Virus record (IMG/VR): IMGVR_UViG_3300037762_000489
Coordinates: 1-44,471 of that record
Source: a virus
Taxonomy: Duplodnaviria; Caudoviricetes
Length of the DNA: 44,471 nt
Direction: 5' to 3' (one strand)
Positions 15,388 through 25,243 of this stretch are shown in pieces (positions within the stretch are counted from its first letter, which is position 1; each line of letters opens with the position of its first letter). The position numbers and the translations under genes are program-made. A model generated the notes under the pieces. The model saw nothing but the letters and a program-made list of their open reading frames with translations. It was not told where the DNA came from and did not search any database.

Positions 15388-16474
15388 ACTCTAACCTGGC
15401 CCTGATGGTCTCCTTACCGTTTTCGTCCAGCCGCCCGCTGACGACATTGACCTCTATATCGATTTGTTGGCCGTCATCGAGCACTGCCGTCAGTTTGTCA
15501 CCAAAGTCCCAATCCTTACCGTACACGAAGCCGGGTTGGTCATTGATCTCCGCTGTAAAGCGCCGAACCGGGCGACCATCATAAAGTCGCTTCTGGGCGG
15601 CGTTGCTTAAAGCGCTATCCCCATATATCCGGCCATCAAACCAGCCTTCGCGCCGGTTGAAGGGGCTGGCCGCCAGACGGACGCTATCACTGACGGTCAC
15701 TACTGTGCGCTCCTCCTCAATGCCCTGGCCCCCGGCATAGACAAAGGTCACTTCCTCTCGCCAGTCTTCCAAATAATCCAGGTTATTGAGCAACCCATTC
15801 GCTTCTGAAAGCACCTTTGCGCCGGGCCGGACCCCAAATCGGCGGTCAGTTCCACGTTGGCCCACGTAGGTTCTAAATTCATAGATGTCCATACGATCCG
15901 TATTTATCTCGAAAAAGACTGGAGTTCCCTCCTCTTCCGCACTGTGGGCAATTCCCTGGAGAGCTTCGAGGAGGTTATCCCTGGCCCCGGTCCACTGCAC
16001 GCTGGGGCCAGCCCCCGCGTTGGGAGTGATGGTCAAGCCATAGAGCGCCGTCACATCTCGCCCGGCCCCGGCACTGGCCCCCAGGTGCTCCTCCACGTAA
16101 GCCTTCATCAAGTCATCTGCCGGGCCGCTCTTCTCGCTACCCGGCGACCCAGCATCCGCATGGATGATCCGCGTATCCAGCAGATCATTTGGTCCTGGAC
16201 CACCCACTCTGATAAAGCGCTCGTCTCCCTCCTGATAGCGGTGGCGCAGGCGCAAAAACGCTAACTGCTCCTGGCGCTGCCTGACACCGACTCCTCCGCG
16301 CAAGATTAGCAACCGGTAGTCCAGCAAGAACCATGCTGGATTCCACAGGTCGCGGGGATAAACCAGTTCGGCCATACCTTTGCCATTGACCACTCTTGCC
16401 CATTCCAGGCTGACCCATTCGTCGAGCAGGCGAATGTTCTCGTGGTAATGATTGACCAGCCAGACCTCGTACAT
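15377..16474 (-). CDS. Baseplate hub, ReqiPepy6 Gp37-like protein
   Basis: VYAGGQGIEEER, RREGWFDGR and YGKDWDFGDKLT motifs; follows Dit. Confidence 0.8.
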   Translation of the reverse strand: MYEVWLVNHYHENIRLLDEWVSLEWARVVNGKGMAELVYPRDLWNPAWFLLDYRLLILRGGVGVRQRQEQLAFLRLRHRYQEGDERFIRVGGPGPNDLLDTRIIHADAGSPGSEKSGPADDLMKAYVEEHLGASAGAGRDVTALYGLTITPNAGAGPSVQWTGARDNLLEALQGIAHSAEEEGTPVFFEINTDRMDIYEFRTYVGQRGTDRRFGVRPGAKVLSEANGLLNNLDYLEDWREEVTFVYAGGQGIEEERTVVTVSDSVRLAASPFNRREGWFDGRIYGDSALSNAAQKRLYDGRPVRRFTAEINDQPGFVYGKDWDFGDKLTAVLDDGQQIDIEVNVVSGRLDENGKETIRARLEYVN

Positions 16475-18930
16475 CAGCCTGCCCCCTCAACCGACCAGAA
16501 GCGGTTGTTCCAGACGGCATGGGCCGTCAGGGTAGGTGAGCCAGATTCGACGATGTAGATGGTGATCTGGTTATCGCCGGGCAAGAGGCTGAAGGTGCCG
16601 AAGTTGCTCTGGTCCGGGATGAGGGTCTGATCGAGTGCGCCCCGAAAGGGACTGCGAATCCCCCGCTTACCGGGCCGTAGCTCAATGGTGATCGTCTCTC
16701 CATCGAGGATATTCAGGCCGCTGAAGCGCAGCACGTCGCCGGTAGTCTCGTTTCTGATAAAGCGCAGTTCGGCCCCCGTCCCACCGGAACGGGTGATCAC
16801 GAAGCGCGGATAGGCGCGAGCACTCCCGGCATTGCTGATCGTCGTCTGTTCGGCAAAAGTGGCTGTGCCGCTCACTGGCCCACCGACGCTGGTGGACAGC
16901 GCCAGGTACAGTCTGTCTCGAAAACTGCGTATCATGCTGGCCTGGCTGAGCGTGGGGGCGCTGGGCCAGGGAATGTCTGCTTCGATGTGGTTGAAGGTCT
17001 GTCCGTTGAAGGTCGCGATGTGGTTAATGGACAAACCCTGACTGGACTGTTCAAAAAAACCGCCGATGTATAGCAGGTCCTCTTCCTCAAAATAATGAAG
17101 GGCGGCTATCCGGTCGTCCGGCTGGTCAGTCGGGAACGTGGTATTCTGGCCGTCCCAAATGGCGAGATGGGCCTGCTCGGAATCGCCCAGCTGTTCTCCT
17201 CCCATATACAACAGGCCCTGGGGGGTGTGCTCTAAAGCCCATACAGCAGGCAGGCTGGTGCTGCCCACATCAGGTGGGGTATCGAACGAGTCGGTGACCG
17301 GATTATAGATGGCAATGGCATCGTTTGGGCTGCCCCCGGCACTGGTAAAAACACCGCCAATGGCAACTCGACCATCCCTGAGCACCTTCACCGAGTAAGT
17401 TGACAGATTAAAGGAGCCACTACCGGGAACCCCCCATGTATCGGTCTCGGTGTCATACCAGGCAAAGCGATCATAACTATTCCCCCCAGCTGAGGTGAAG
17501 AGTCCAACCATATAAATGCGGCCATCGCTGGCGAGGTCCATTGCCAGGATGTCATTATCAGCCCCCGTGCTTACGGCCTGCCAGGTTCCCCCTCGATAAC
17601 GGGCAAAATTGTTGGCGGCAACGCCATCGATTTCAGTGCCATCCCCGCCGATGTATAGGTCTCCGTTGGGGACGGCCAGAATGCTGTTGACAATGAAATC
17701 GGTATTGACCGCATCGCTGACCAGGGCGTTCCACGAGCCATCCGAGGGATCGTAGTAAACGATGCTCTTTTGCTCTGTAATCCCATTCAGGTCAAAGAAG
17801 CGGCCCCCAAAGTAGACCCGACCAGAGAGGGGATCGACAGCCACCGCCAGCATCCCTCCGAAGCTGCTGACTGCACCAGGCGGGCCAAGCACGTTGAACC
17901 GCCCATCCTGGCGGCCCAGCACATAACGAAGAGTTTCCGAGGCGCTGGTCTGCACAGGAGCCGCCGCATCGTTCGCCTCGACAAAAAACGGGTCTGGGCA
18001 GATCAAGCGGGCGAAGCCAGTAGCCTGAGGCAGCTTCTGAAAATCCCCATCCAGGCCGCTTTCGTACTCCGCCGCGATCTGTAATTCCCGGTCCGTGCCG
18101 GTGTAGCGCAGCAGGGGGGCCTGACGGGGGGATACCCGGTCGTCCTTCAGGATGTCCAGGAACTGCTTAATCGCCTGATAGCGTGCCTGCTCGGTCCCGG
18201 TCGTCGTGAAATAGGTGAACTGTAAGAGACGCTCAAGGACGCGCTCGCCCTGAATGTAGGTTCCTGGCTGCTGGGCCTGGTCCTGGGTGTGCTTCTGGAT
18301 AGGAGGCATCCCGAATCCGGAAAAGTCCTGGATCCAGACGCCCAGGTCTCTGGGGTCCCATACTCGTCCCCCGGACCGGCTCCCTGCACTCCGGCTGCTC
18401 TGGCTGGCATGTTCGAGCAGTGACCAGACACAACCCTCCTGGTCGCCGTCGCAGTAGGTGGTCGCGTATTCCTTCGCCTCACACTGGGCAGCGTCCAGGT
18501 AGAAGGGGGCCACGTCCCCGCTGGTATCCTTCTCTACATAAAGCCGGATCGACGTATTCGCGCCGCTGGTGAAAGAGACCGCCTGGCGCTTATAAAGCCC
18601 ATCCCCCACGAAGTTCTTGATCGCCAGGTCCACCGCGCCGGTCACGTCGTAGGCCCGCAGGCGGTAGGGAATGCCGTCTACCCCCAGCACGTAAATGCTG
18701 AAGGTATAAGCGGTCAGGGCGGTCAGAGTCAGGGCGAAGTAGCTGCCATCGTTCCCCCCGCTGTCCGGGGTGACTTTCAGGCTGTAGATGCCGCGCCGCT
18801 GATAGCTGTCATCCCGCGCCAGGACGGTCCCCGCGCCGACCGCCGTCCAGCCGCTGGTTCCCGACTCGAAGGACGGGTTGCTGATCAGATTAATCGTCGC
18901 CTCTGGCGCGATGAAATGGATGCGAGTCAT
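16474..18930 (-). CDS. Evolved distal tail protein (Dit) with CBM-like and beta-propeller insertions
   Basis: NLISNPSFE CBM-like start, LICPDPFF and LLPGDNQI Dit motifs, repeated LYIGG.F blades; follows the TMP. Confidence 0.75.
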   Translation of the reverse strand: MTRIHFIAPEATINLISNPSFESGTSGWTAVGAGTVLARDDSYQRRGIYSLKVTPDSGGNDGSYFALTLTALTAYTFSIYVLGVDGIPYRLRAYDVTGAVDLAIKNFVGDGLYKRQAVSFTSGANTSIRLYVEKDTSGDVAPFYLDAAQCEAKEYATTYCDGDQEGCVWSLLEHASQSSRSAGSRSGGRVWDPRDLGVWIQDFSGFGMPPIQKHTQDQAQQPGTYIQGERVLERLLQFTYFTTTGTEQARYQAIKQFLDILKDDRVSPRQAPLLRYTGTDRELQIAAEYESGLDGDFQKLPQATGFARLICPDPFFVEANDAAAPVQTSASETLRYVLGRQDGRFNVLGPPGAVSSFGGMLAVAVDPLSGRVYFGGRFFDLNGITEQKSIVYYDPSDGSWNALVSDAVNTDFIVNSILAVPNGDLYIGGDGTEIDGVAANNFARYRGGTWQAVSTGADNDILAMDLASDGRIYMVGLFTSAGGNSYDRFAWYDTETDTWGVPGSGSFNLSTYSVKVLRDGRVAIGGVFTSAGGSPNDAIAIYNPVTDSFDTPPDVGSTSLPAVWALEHTPQGLLYMGGEQLGDSEQAHLAIWDGQNTTFPTDQPDDRIAALHYFEEEDLLYIGGFFEQSSQGLSINHIATFNGQTFNHIEADIPWPSAPTLSQASMIRSFRDRLYLALSTSVGGPVSGTATFAEQTTISNAGSARAYPRFVITRSGGTGAELRFIRNETTGDVLRFSGLNILDGETITIELRPGKRGIRSPFRGALDQTLIPDQSNFGTFSLLPGDNQITIYIVESGSPTLTAHAVWNNRFWSVEGAG

Positions 18931-18931
18931 G

Positions 18932-21217
18932 TCAGCCTCCCACCAGGCCGCGCATGGTGTTGAAGTCCTTGATAATGTTCTCGCTCCGGGCATTGGACTT
19001 GATGGTCAGGTTGAAAGTGTTGTTGCTGGTCCGGCTGCTCTGCCGGGCCGCGCCGATGCTGACCCGGCTGGCGGAGCCGGAGCCTCCCAGATCGAAGCCC
19101 AGAAAATCGGCGGCTGCCTTCAGCGCATCCTGAGCCACGCTCAAGGCCATATCCTTGACCACTGCCGCCCCCTGGCGGATGCCGTCGGCGATACGCTCGA
19201 TGATCGACAGGCCCAGGGCCAGCCAGTCCACGCCAGTAAAAATGTTTACCATCTCGTTCACCAGGTCAGGGATGATCGAATTGCCGACCAGCCGGTCGTA
19301 GAGGAACTGCCACTGTTTGATAGTGGCCTCAATAAAGCCCTCTAAAATACCCAGTAAAATGGAGAGCGCCAGACCAAGCACCCCGACCAGCAGCAGAGCA
19401 ATCCACTGAATGGGGTTTTCGGCGCTTTTCAGGGCGAGGTTCAAGTACGTCATGCCGCGCACAAAGCCCTCAACCGTCTTGGCGATGACGATTCCCATCG
19501 CCAGCAGGACCGATTGAATGAGGGTGACAAAGACGTTGATAACCCCGCCGATGAAACGGATGATATCCATCAGAGTCACACCTGCTTCTCCAGTTGCCTC
19601 CATCTCCAGCCTGAACCTCTCAAATTCATCCTTCAGGCTTTGCAGGTACGGCGCGAGTTCTTCGCTCATGGTAGCAAAGCCTTCCACCATGTTGGTTTTG
19701 ATATCATCAACGAGGGTGGCTAGCTCTGGTTGGTTTTCCTCGAACCAGTCCTTTACCTCCTGCCAGGTGGAAAGGATGTTTTCCAGGACGAGGGGGTTGT
19801 TCTCCTCGAACCAGTCCTTTACCCCCTCCCATTGGTCCAGGAGTTCATCGATGATCGGCTGGATATGCTCAGCGAACCACTCCTTAACGGCTTCCCAGGT
19901 CGTCAGGACCTTCTCTCTGATGAGGGGGCCATTCGTCGTAAACCAGGTTTTTACTTCCTCCCATTTTCCCAGCAGGAAAGGGATTGCCGTGCCGGTGATC
20001 CAGTCAAAGGCGACCATGACGGCCTCCCGGACCCGGGCCACCGCCGCTGATAACTTCAGCGCCCAGGGCGGGTCCTCCTCTCCCAGTTCGGTCAACCCGA
20101 AGGCGGCCTTGATCGCCCTGACAAAACTGTGAACCGGATCAATAAGCCGGTAGAAAAACTGGGTGATGGGATGTTCCCACCCCAGCCAGTCGGCGAAGAA
20201 CCCATTGATGAGGCGAGCCAGTGAGAAGGTTTCAGCCCCTATTTCCTGGAAAATCTTCTTGAACAACGACCCCAATATCTCAAGGACCGGGAATACCCCC
20301 TTTTCCAGTCCGCGCACAAACCCTCTGAACCCCTCCTGAATGCGAGGAAGGACCCGCTCCACGACCGGCAGGAGTTGTTCCGCCCACTTCCCGAAAACAG
20401 CCACCAGTTTTGGCCCCCACTCCTGGGCCATGTCTCTGGCCCAGGCCAGGAAGGGAGTCGCCAGGGGCAGCAGCTTCAGGCCGATTTCGGTCGCCGTGTC
20501 CTTGATTGAACTCTTCAGGGCACGCATCACGTTCGCCCAGGAGCCAGCCGTCCGTGCCGCGTCACCCTGGGCGTCCGAGGTCCCGGCCATGATCAGGTTC
20601 ATCCGGGCCATGACCTTTTCCTGCTCGGTCGCCTCTTTAATGCCGCCCGCGATGCCCATGTTCAGGAGTTCCTGGTCAAGGGCCGCCTGGGTGATGATGA
20701 TCCCGTATTTGCGGACCGTCTCGTGATTGCCGACCAGGGCCGATTGAAAGTCACGCATGGTGTCAGCGTCACTGACGTTGTTAAAGCTGGCAACATCGAC
20801 GGCCAGCTTGGTCAGTTCCACGCTCATCTCAGCCGCCCGGTCGCGGGCAAAGCCAAGCGGCACGAAGGTATCCTGGACGCTGGCTGCCATCCCACGCAGT
20901 TCAAACTTCCCGCGTCCCACCGCCGCGCCGAAGGCGTCCAGTTTCTGGATCGTCGTCTCGGCAAAGTCACCGAAGACGACGTTGAACTTGCCCATCATCT
21001 CCTCGGCGTCGGAGCCGAGGGCAATCGTCTTGCCGGTCGCGACTCCAATCGCCGCTACGCCCGCGCCAATCGCCACCCCGACCCCGACCGCGATGTTGCG
21101 GGCCAGGCCGGAGAGCCAGCTTGAGGTGCGCTTTTCGGCGCGGTTTAAGTCGCGGTCAAGGCCGCTGATGTCGGCGGACGTGCCGAGCACGGCCTCACCG
21201 AGTGAGAAATTAGCCAC
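18932..21217 (-). CDS. Tape measure protein
   Basis: Ala-rich helical protein, AQGDAART motif, 22-aa Trp-periodic repeats (WEEVKTWF / WEAVKEWF / WEGVKDWF / WQEVKDWF). Confidence 0.9.
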   Translation of the reverse strand: MANFSLGEAVLGTSADISGLDRDLNRAEKRTSSWLSGLARNIAVGVGVAIGAGVAAIGVATGKTIALGSDAEEMMGKFNVVFGDFAETTIQKLDAFGAAVGRGKFELRGMAASVQDTFVPLGFARDRAAEMSVELTKLAVDVASFNNVSDADTMRDFQSALVGNHETVRKYGIIITQAALDQELLNMGIAGGIKEATEQEKVMARMNLIMAGTSDAQGDAARTAGSWANVMRALKSSIKDTATEIGLKLLPLATPFLAWARDMAQEWGPKLVAVFGKWAEQLLPVVERVLPRIQEGFRGFVRGLEKGVFPVLEILGSLFKKIFQEIGAETFSLARLINGFFADWLGWEHPITQFFYRLIDPVHSFVRAIKAAFGLTELGEEDPPWALKLSAAVARVREAVMVAFDWITGTAIPFLLGKWEEVKTWFTTNGPLIREKVLTTWEAVKEWFAEHIQPIIDELLDQWEGVKDWFEENNPLVLENILSTWQEVKDWFEENQPELATLVDDIKTNMVEGFATMSEELAPYLQSLKDEFERFRLEMEATGEAGVTLMDIIRFIGGVINVFVTLIQSVLLAMGIVIAKTVEGFVRGMTYLNLALKSAENPIQWIALLLVGVLGLALSILLGILEGFIEATIKQWQFLYDRLVGNSIIPDLVNEMVNIFTGVDWLALGLSIIERIADGIRQGAAVVKDMALSVAQDALKAAADFLGFDLGGSGSASRVSIGAARQSSRTSNNTFNLTIKSNARSENIIKDFNTMRGLVGG

Positions 21218-21581
21218 TATCCTCTTCTATCTGTATCCCCTGCTGGCGGAACCACTCAGCCGCCTTTTCGGGGTTGTGTTCGATCACTTTCATGCGCTCA
21301 CGACGCGCCGGTCGGGGCAGCATGCCCGCGATCTTCATCAGCAGACGCCCATAGCGATTGCTGCCCTTCTTCCCCGCCTGGACCTCGGCATAGGCCGCTA
21401 CCTGGTTGTGGTAGTGGTGCAGGTCCTCTCCAGCATGGACCCGATCCAACTGGTGGGAGAGCAGCTGAAGCATCCAGACAGGCGTTTCCCATAGCTCACG
21501 GGGCGGGAGGTTGTAGTAGCGAACTAACCTGGCGAAAAAGAGCGCCAACTCGTCAATGGTTAGCTCGCCCCCGCTTCCCCC
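21210..21581 (-). CDS. Tail assembly chaperone -1 frameshift extension (gpGT-like)
   Basis: -1 frame ORF entered at slippery heptamer GGGGGAA (21581-21575). Confidence 0.7.
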   Translation of the reverse strand, partial: GGSGGELTIDELALFFARLVRYYNLPPRELWETPVWMLQLLSHQLDRVHAGEDLHHYHNQVAAYAEVQAGKKGSNRYGRLLMKIAGMLPRPARRERMKVIEHNPEKAAEWFRQQGIQIEEDSG

Positions 21582-22000
21582 GCTTCTTCTCCTGATGGCG
21601 TGGCATTCAACACGTTCTTGTTCCACCAGTTCACGATGTTGAGCCGGACGCCCGTTTTGTAGCGATCCAACTCGACGACCGGCAGGTCCGGGATGATCAG
21701 GCGGATATACTCATACAGGGCTTCGTCCAGCAATTCGGCAGCCCGGTCTACCTGGTCTGGCCCATCCTCTGGCCCATCCTCTGGCTCGTCCTCTGGCCCA
21801 GCCCCATTAGAAAGCTGGCCGGGGTCAAAGTGGACCAGCGCCCATTCCACCCGCTTCTGGAGCTTCATCAGGCGAGTCAGCTGTTTGGCGCTGAAATCCT
21901 GCTGCACCGCAAACTCGTATTCCTCGCCTTCCTCGCCCGCAAACGTGTCGCGTTCAGGGGCCAGGTCCAGGAGAGAGAGTTTCTTTTTTTTGTTTGCCAT
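21560..22000 (-). CDS. Tail assembly chaperone (gpG-like)
   Basis: Between major tail and TMP; slippery site near its 3' end. Confidence 0.75.
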   Translation of the reverse strand: MANKKKKLSLLDLAPERDTFAGEEGEEYEFAVQQDFSAKQLTRLMKLQKRVEWALVHFDPGQLSNGAGPEDEPEDGPEDGPDQVDRAAELLDEALYEYIRLIIPDLPVVELDRYKTGVRLNIVNWWNKNVLNATPSGEEAGEAGAS

Positions 22001-22011
22001 AGGGCTTCCTC

Positions 22012-22584
22012 TTAGGCAGTCTGGGCAACCAGCCAGCCCATCCGGTTGGCATCGGCCTGGTTGTCATCTTCAATGACCTGGAACTCACACTCCAACCCTG
22101 GACGCTGGTCCTTCCCGCGTGTCAGGGTGGGTTCACCATCGAAGACCCCACGCGGCACGACGTACATTGCCGGGAACGCGCCGTAGGGTGAGTCCGCTTC
22201 GCCCTTGAACAACAGGGCATACTCATTCGGGGTGAATCCCCGCTTGAGGGGCAGCGTCTTGGTGGCCGGGGGACCGGCGTCAGACGTGACATCGCTTGCC
22301 TGATCCAGGTAGCGGGCATAGTTTTCCAGGGTGAGGCCCACCACCGTGAAGGCGAACATCACGCCCTCTTCGGGGCGGACGGCCTTCACCGGCCCCTGAT
22401 GGTCATTGTCCCGGAAGTAGGTCAAGGCCCCGCTGTGCTGGATCGACTGCTCGCCATCGGTCGGGCCAAGCAGTATCCAGTTTCCGGCGGGGGTGGCGTT
22501 GACGGCAGGGACGGTCTCCCCCACCGGACCGACATAGATATCGGTCGGACCCGTCAGTTGCGAAAAGGGTTCATTGCTAGACAT
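22012..22584 (-). CDS. Major tail (tube) protein
   Basis: GPTDIYVGPVG...WILLGPTDG; size and position. Confidence 0.8.
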   Translation of the reverse strand: MSSNEPFSQLTGPTDIYVGPVGETVPAVNATPAGNWILLGPTDGEQSIQHSGALTYFRDNDHQGPVKAVRPEEGVMFAFTVVGLTLENYARYLDQASDVTSDAGPPATKTLPLKRGFTPNEYALLFKGEADSPYGAFPAMYVVPRGVFDGEPTLTRGKDQRPGLECEFQVIEDDNQADANRMGWLVAQTA

Positions 22585-22593
22585 GGTTCTCTC

Positions 22594-23022
22594 CTAAGTC
22601 AGTGATAGTTCGTTTACCGCAGCCCTCATGAAGACCATGAGGAAATCCATCTCAAGATCCGGGTCATACAGCTGCGACGGCGACGATTCCATCAGCAGCC
22701 AGTACACCAGGGCGAGGCCCTTCTCAGTAGTCACCCGCGCCCGGCTGGTCTCCCGGCTGACCTCTACCAGCCGGGAGTAGATCAGGGCCGCCTCGTACAC
22801 CGTCGGTCCATAGCAGCGGACCTCCAGGCGCGGCTGCTGCCAGGGCAGGTAGATATCTGGAAAGCCGCCATCAAGCATGACCACCAGCGACGCTGATCCT
22901 GGCGTCCACTGACCGCCCGACGCGCCATACTGGTGTTTAGCGCCCAGCTGGTTATTTGCCAGGTCCATCAGGCTGACATCGGCCCTCAGATGAGCGATCA
23001 CCGCTTCCTGGGCGATAATCAT
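22594..23022 (-). CDS. Tail terminator or completion protein
   Basis: PRLEVRCYG motif; position. Confidence 0.7.
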   Translation of the reverse strand: MIIAQEAVIAHLRADVSLMDLANNQLGAKHQYGASGGQWTPGSASLVVMLDGGFPDIYLPWQQPRLEVRCYGPTVYEAALIYSRLVEVSRETSRARVTTEKGLALVYWLLMESSPSQLYDPDLEMDFLMVFMRAAVNELSLT

Positions 23023-23489
23023 CTGGCCCTCCGCCTGCTCCGGTGGCGGGCAATAATCGCCCCCAGCCCGGCCCGGACTTTCTCAAAGGCCCGGAGGATG
23101 TAGTGAGCGCCTTCCGAGTCCCTGGACTGGTGCAGGTATATGGCATAGCGCATGCCCGACCCCACCGCGCCGGTCACCTTCTTCGCCGTCACTTCCGGCT
23201 CGAAGTCCTTACCCCCGCGCTCCGGGGTTCCCGGCCCTGGCTCCACGTCATCCCGCGCCCAGGCGTAATCCGGGGGGGCGGCGTGAATACTGCGCTTCAG
23301 GGTCCCGGTCCGTTCACCGCGACCACCGCCCACAACCCAGCGCCCCCGATCATCGCGGGCAGACAATCTCAGGTTGCCTTTGGCCTCGACCTCAATCGTC
23401 TGATCCACGTCGGTTACCACGTCCACGAGCAGCTTCACTACTTCCTTCTTCGTCTGCTGGCCCCGCCAGTTCAACCGGGCTTTCGTCAT
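23019..23489 (-). CDS. HK97 gp10-like neck protein
   Basis: RTGTLKRSI...VGSGMRYAIYL...YILRAF; start refined to 23489. Confidence 0.75.
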   Translation of the reverse strand: MTKARLNWRGQQTKKEVVKLLVDVVTDVDQTIEVEAKGNLRLSARDDRGRWVVGGGRGERTGTLKRSIHAAPPDYAWARDDVEPGPGTPERGGKDFEPEVTAKKVTGAVGSGMRYAIYLHQSRDSEGAHYILRAFEKVRAGLGAIIARHRSRRRAR

Positions 23490-23643
23490 GGCGCTTCGCT
23501 TTCGGTTCGGGCGGCTGTGGAGGATCAACCCCCAGCAGTTCCCGGCGCAGGTGGGCCTCGATATCCAGGCCAGCGGCCTGGGCAGCCTCACTGATTTTCT
23601 TGTATTCGTCGTCGCTCAGGTTGATCCGCAAAAAACGATTCAT
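23392..23643 (-). CDS. RHH-like small protein inside the neck module
   Basis: LRINLSDDEYKKISEAAQAAGLDIEAHLRRELL. Confidence 0.55.
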   Translation of the reverse strand: MNRFLRINLSDDEYKKISEAAQAAGLDIEAHLRRELLGVDPPQPPEPKAKRHDESPVELAGPADEEGSSEAARGRGNRRGSDD

Positions 23644-23645
23644 GT

Positions 23646-24002
23646 TTAGCTCACTACCTTCACCTCAACGGTGATGTGATGGTCATGCCGTGCCCGGCGG
23701 GAGAGGATAGACTCAACCCTGAGTTGTCCGGCAAACTCGCTCCCATCTTCAAAACGTAAATTCACGACCCGGCTGTCCTTCGCGATCTGGGTCCCCGCCG
23801 GGAAAAAAAGAAGGTAGCGGGTGACTGCCAGCAGCTGTACCCGTTCGCTGTCCAGGACCTGTTCCCCAGTCTCCATCAGGCGGCAGCGCACTTCCTGGGA
23901 AGTGGTGCTGTAGTACGAGGCTATAACCTCTCCCAGCGCGTTCTGGGTTGAGACCTGCTCCTGAATATCACAGCGGTGGCTCAGGTGCTGGCCGATGGGC
24001 AT
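23646..24002 (-). CDS. Head-tail stopper or closure protein
   Basis: NALGE...VRCRL...HHITVEV pattern; position. Confidence 0.7.
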   Translation of the reverse strand: MPIGQHLSHRCDIQEQVSTQNALGEVIASYYSTTSQEVRCRLMETGEQVLDSERVQLLAVTRYLLFFPAGTQIAKDSRVVNLRFEDGSEFAGQLRVESILSRRARHDHHITVEVKVVS

Positions 24003-24005
24003 TCC

Positions 24006-24344
24006 TTACGATCCTTTACGGATCGCGGCTACGGTCACGCTGGTGACGGCGCTGTAGGTGATATTGACATGACCGTCCCCGTCGTTATAAATGCTGGGCG
24101 GGAATGGCCCGAAGACGGCCTGCGCCCCAGCCGCCACCGCCCCGGCGGGGTCGGCAACCGCCTGACCGTCAACCGTCTTCTCGCTGATGATGGTGACGGT
24201 TTTTGGGCTTGCGTCCCCATTGATCACATGCAGCAGCACATTGCCGTTGTTGTCAAATTTATCCCCGCCGCCCGCCGCCGCCGCAAAAGCGATCTCAGTC
24301 CCGGTCCGGGCGCTGTCCAGTACAGTCAGTTCCGCCATCTGCAC
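24006..24344 (-). CDS. Small beta-rich virion protein
   Basis: LLHVINGDASPKTVTI...FGPFPPSIYN; head-tail region. Confidence 0.6.
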   Translation of the reverse strand: MQMAELTVLDSARTGTEIAFAAAAGGGDKFDNNGNVLLHVINGDASPKTVTIISEKTVDGQAVADPAGAVAAGAQAVFGPFPPSIYNDGDGHVNITYSAVTSVTVAAIRKGS

Positions 24345-24353
24345 GCTCCTCTT

Positions 24354-24767
24354 CTATGACCAGTCGCCACTCACCTGGTCTGAACTTACATCCGTTGAAT
24401 AGCCGTCCTGTCGCAGCACCCCGGCGCTGATCGCCCCGGTCGTCCGGGTGTAACCGTGCTGCTCCCGGAGTTCAAGGGCACGCACGGCCCAGTCCCTGGC
24501 CGCCTGGCTGAGGCTCTCGGCATAGTCGGCGATACGAAAATCCACCCTCCCCGCCCAGCGCCTGGCGAGCAGTTCACAGGCCGCCGCCACCGTCCGCATG
24601 ACATCCTGCCCTTCGCGGGTATAGAGGACGGCGATCTCCTCATCCTGGAGGTTGGCCTCATTGGGCAGGACGCCGCTGTCCTCAACCGTATCGCCGATCT
24701 CCATCCGCACTTCGGCAATGGCGGCCTCGGTAGGGTCAGCGCTGCCCAGGACGTAGGTAAAGGTCAT
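24354..24767 (-). CDS. Head-tail adaptor
   Basis: MTFTY...VRMEIGDT...LQDEEI...AAACELLA. Confidence 0.75.
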   Translation of the reverse strand: MTFTYVLGSADPTEAAIAEVRMEIGDTVEDSGVLPNEANLQDEEIAVLYTREGQDVMRTVAAACELLARRWAGRVDFRIADYAESLSQAARDWAVRALELREQHGYTRTTGAISAGVLRQDGYSTDVSSDQVSGDWS

Positions 24768-24774
24768 TGACTAT

Positions 24775-25170
24775 TTATCCGGCCCCGGTCAGCTGCTTGC
24801 GGATGATATCCACCGCCTTCTGTCCGATGCCCTCCACCGCCAGCAGGTCTTCGTCACTGGCCGCTTCCAGGGCATCGTAAGTGCCGAAACCAGCCTCGCG
24901 CAGTGCGTCTGCCTGGGCATCACTCAGCCCTATCGCTTCTACACTACCTGTTTCCACCGCCTGGTCTGTGCCCGGCAGGTGGTCCTGCTGGGGATGGGGC
25001 ACTTCGCGCTCCCCGCCGCCCTTGTAGACCTCTTCACAAACCCCCTGCCCGGCCCGCGCCTGATCGACGTTCGGGGCATACCAGTAGCCCTCGGTGACTA
25101 ACCGCCCGCTCACGGAGCAGGTATTGGGAAGACCGGCGCTGGTCTTGATATATTTGCTGTAGTCAGCCAT
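24775..25170 (-). CDS. Helix-hairpin-helix domain protein downstream of the capsid gene
   Basis: ASDEDLLAVEGIGQKAVDII. Confidence 0.7.
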   Translation of the reverse strand: MADYSKYIKTSAGLPNTCSVSGRLVTEGYWYAPNVDQARAGQGVCEEVYKGGGEREVPHPQQDHLPGTDQAVETGSVEAIGLSDAQADALREAGFGTYDALEAASDEDLLAVEGIGQKAVDIIRKQLTGAG

Positions 25171-25192
25171 GTCTCTTTCCTTGTCTCAACAA

Positions 25193-25213
25193 GGGCGGGG
25201 ACTAACCCGCCCT
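25193..25213 (-). terminator. Hairpin downstream of the major capsid gene
   Basis: AGGGCGGG-ttagtc-CCCGCCCT followed by a short T-rich tail. Confidence 0.5.
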
Positions 25214-25217
25214 CAGA

Positions 25218-25233
25218 TATGAACCGGTTCATA
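25218..25233. repeat. Palindrome A copy 5, just after the capsid stop codon
   Basis: Exact match. Confidence 0.95.
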
Positions 25234-25243
25234 CTTTCGACGA

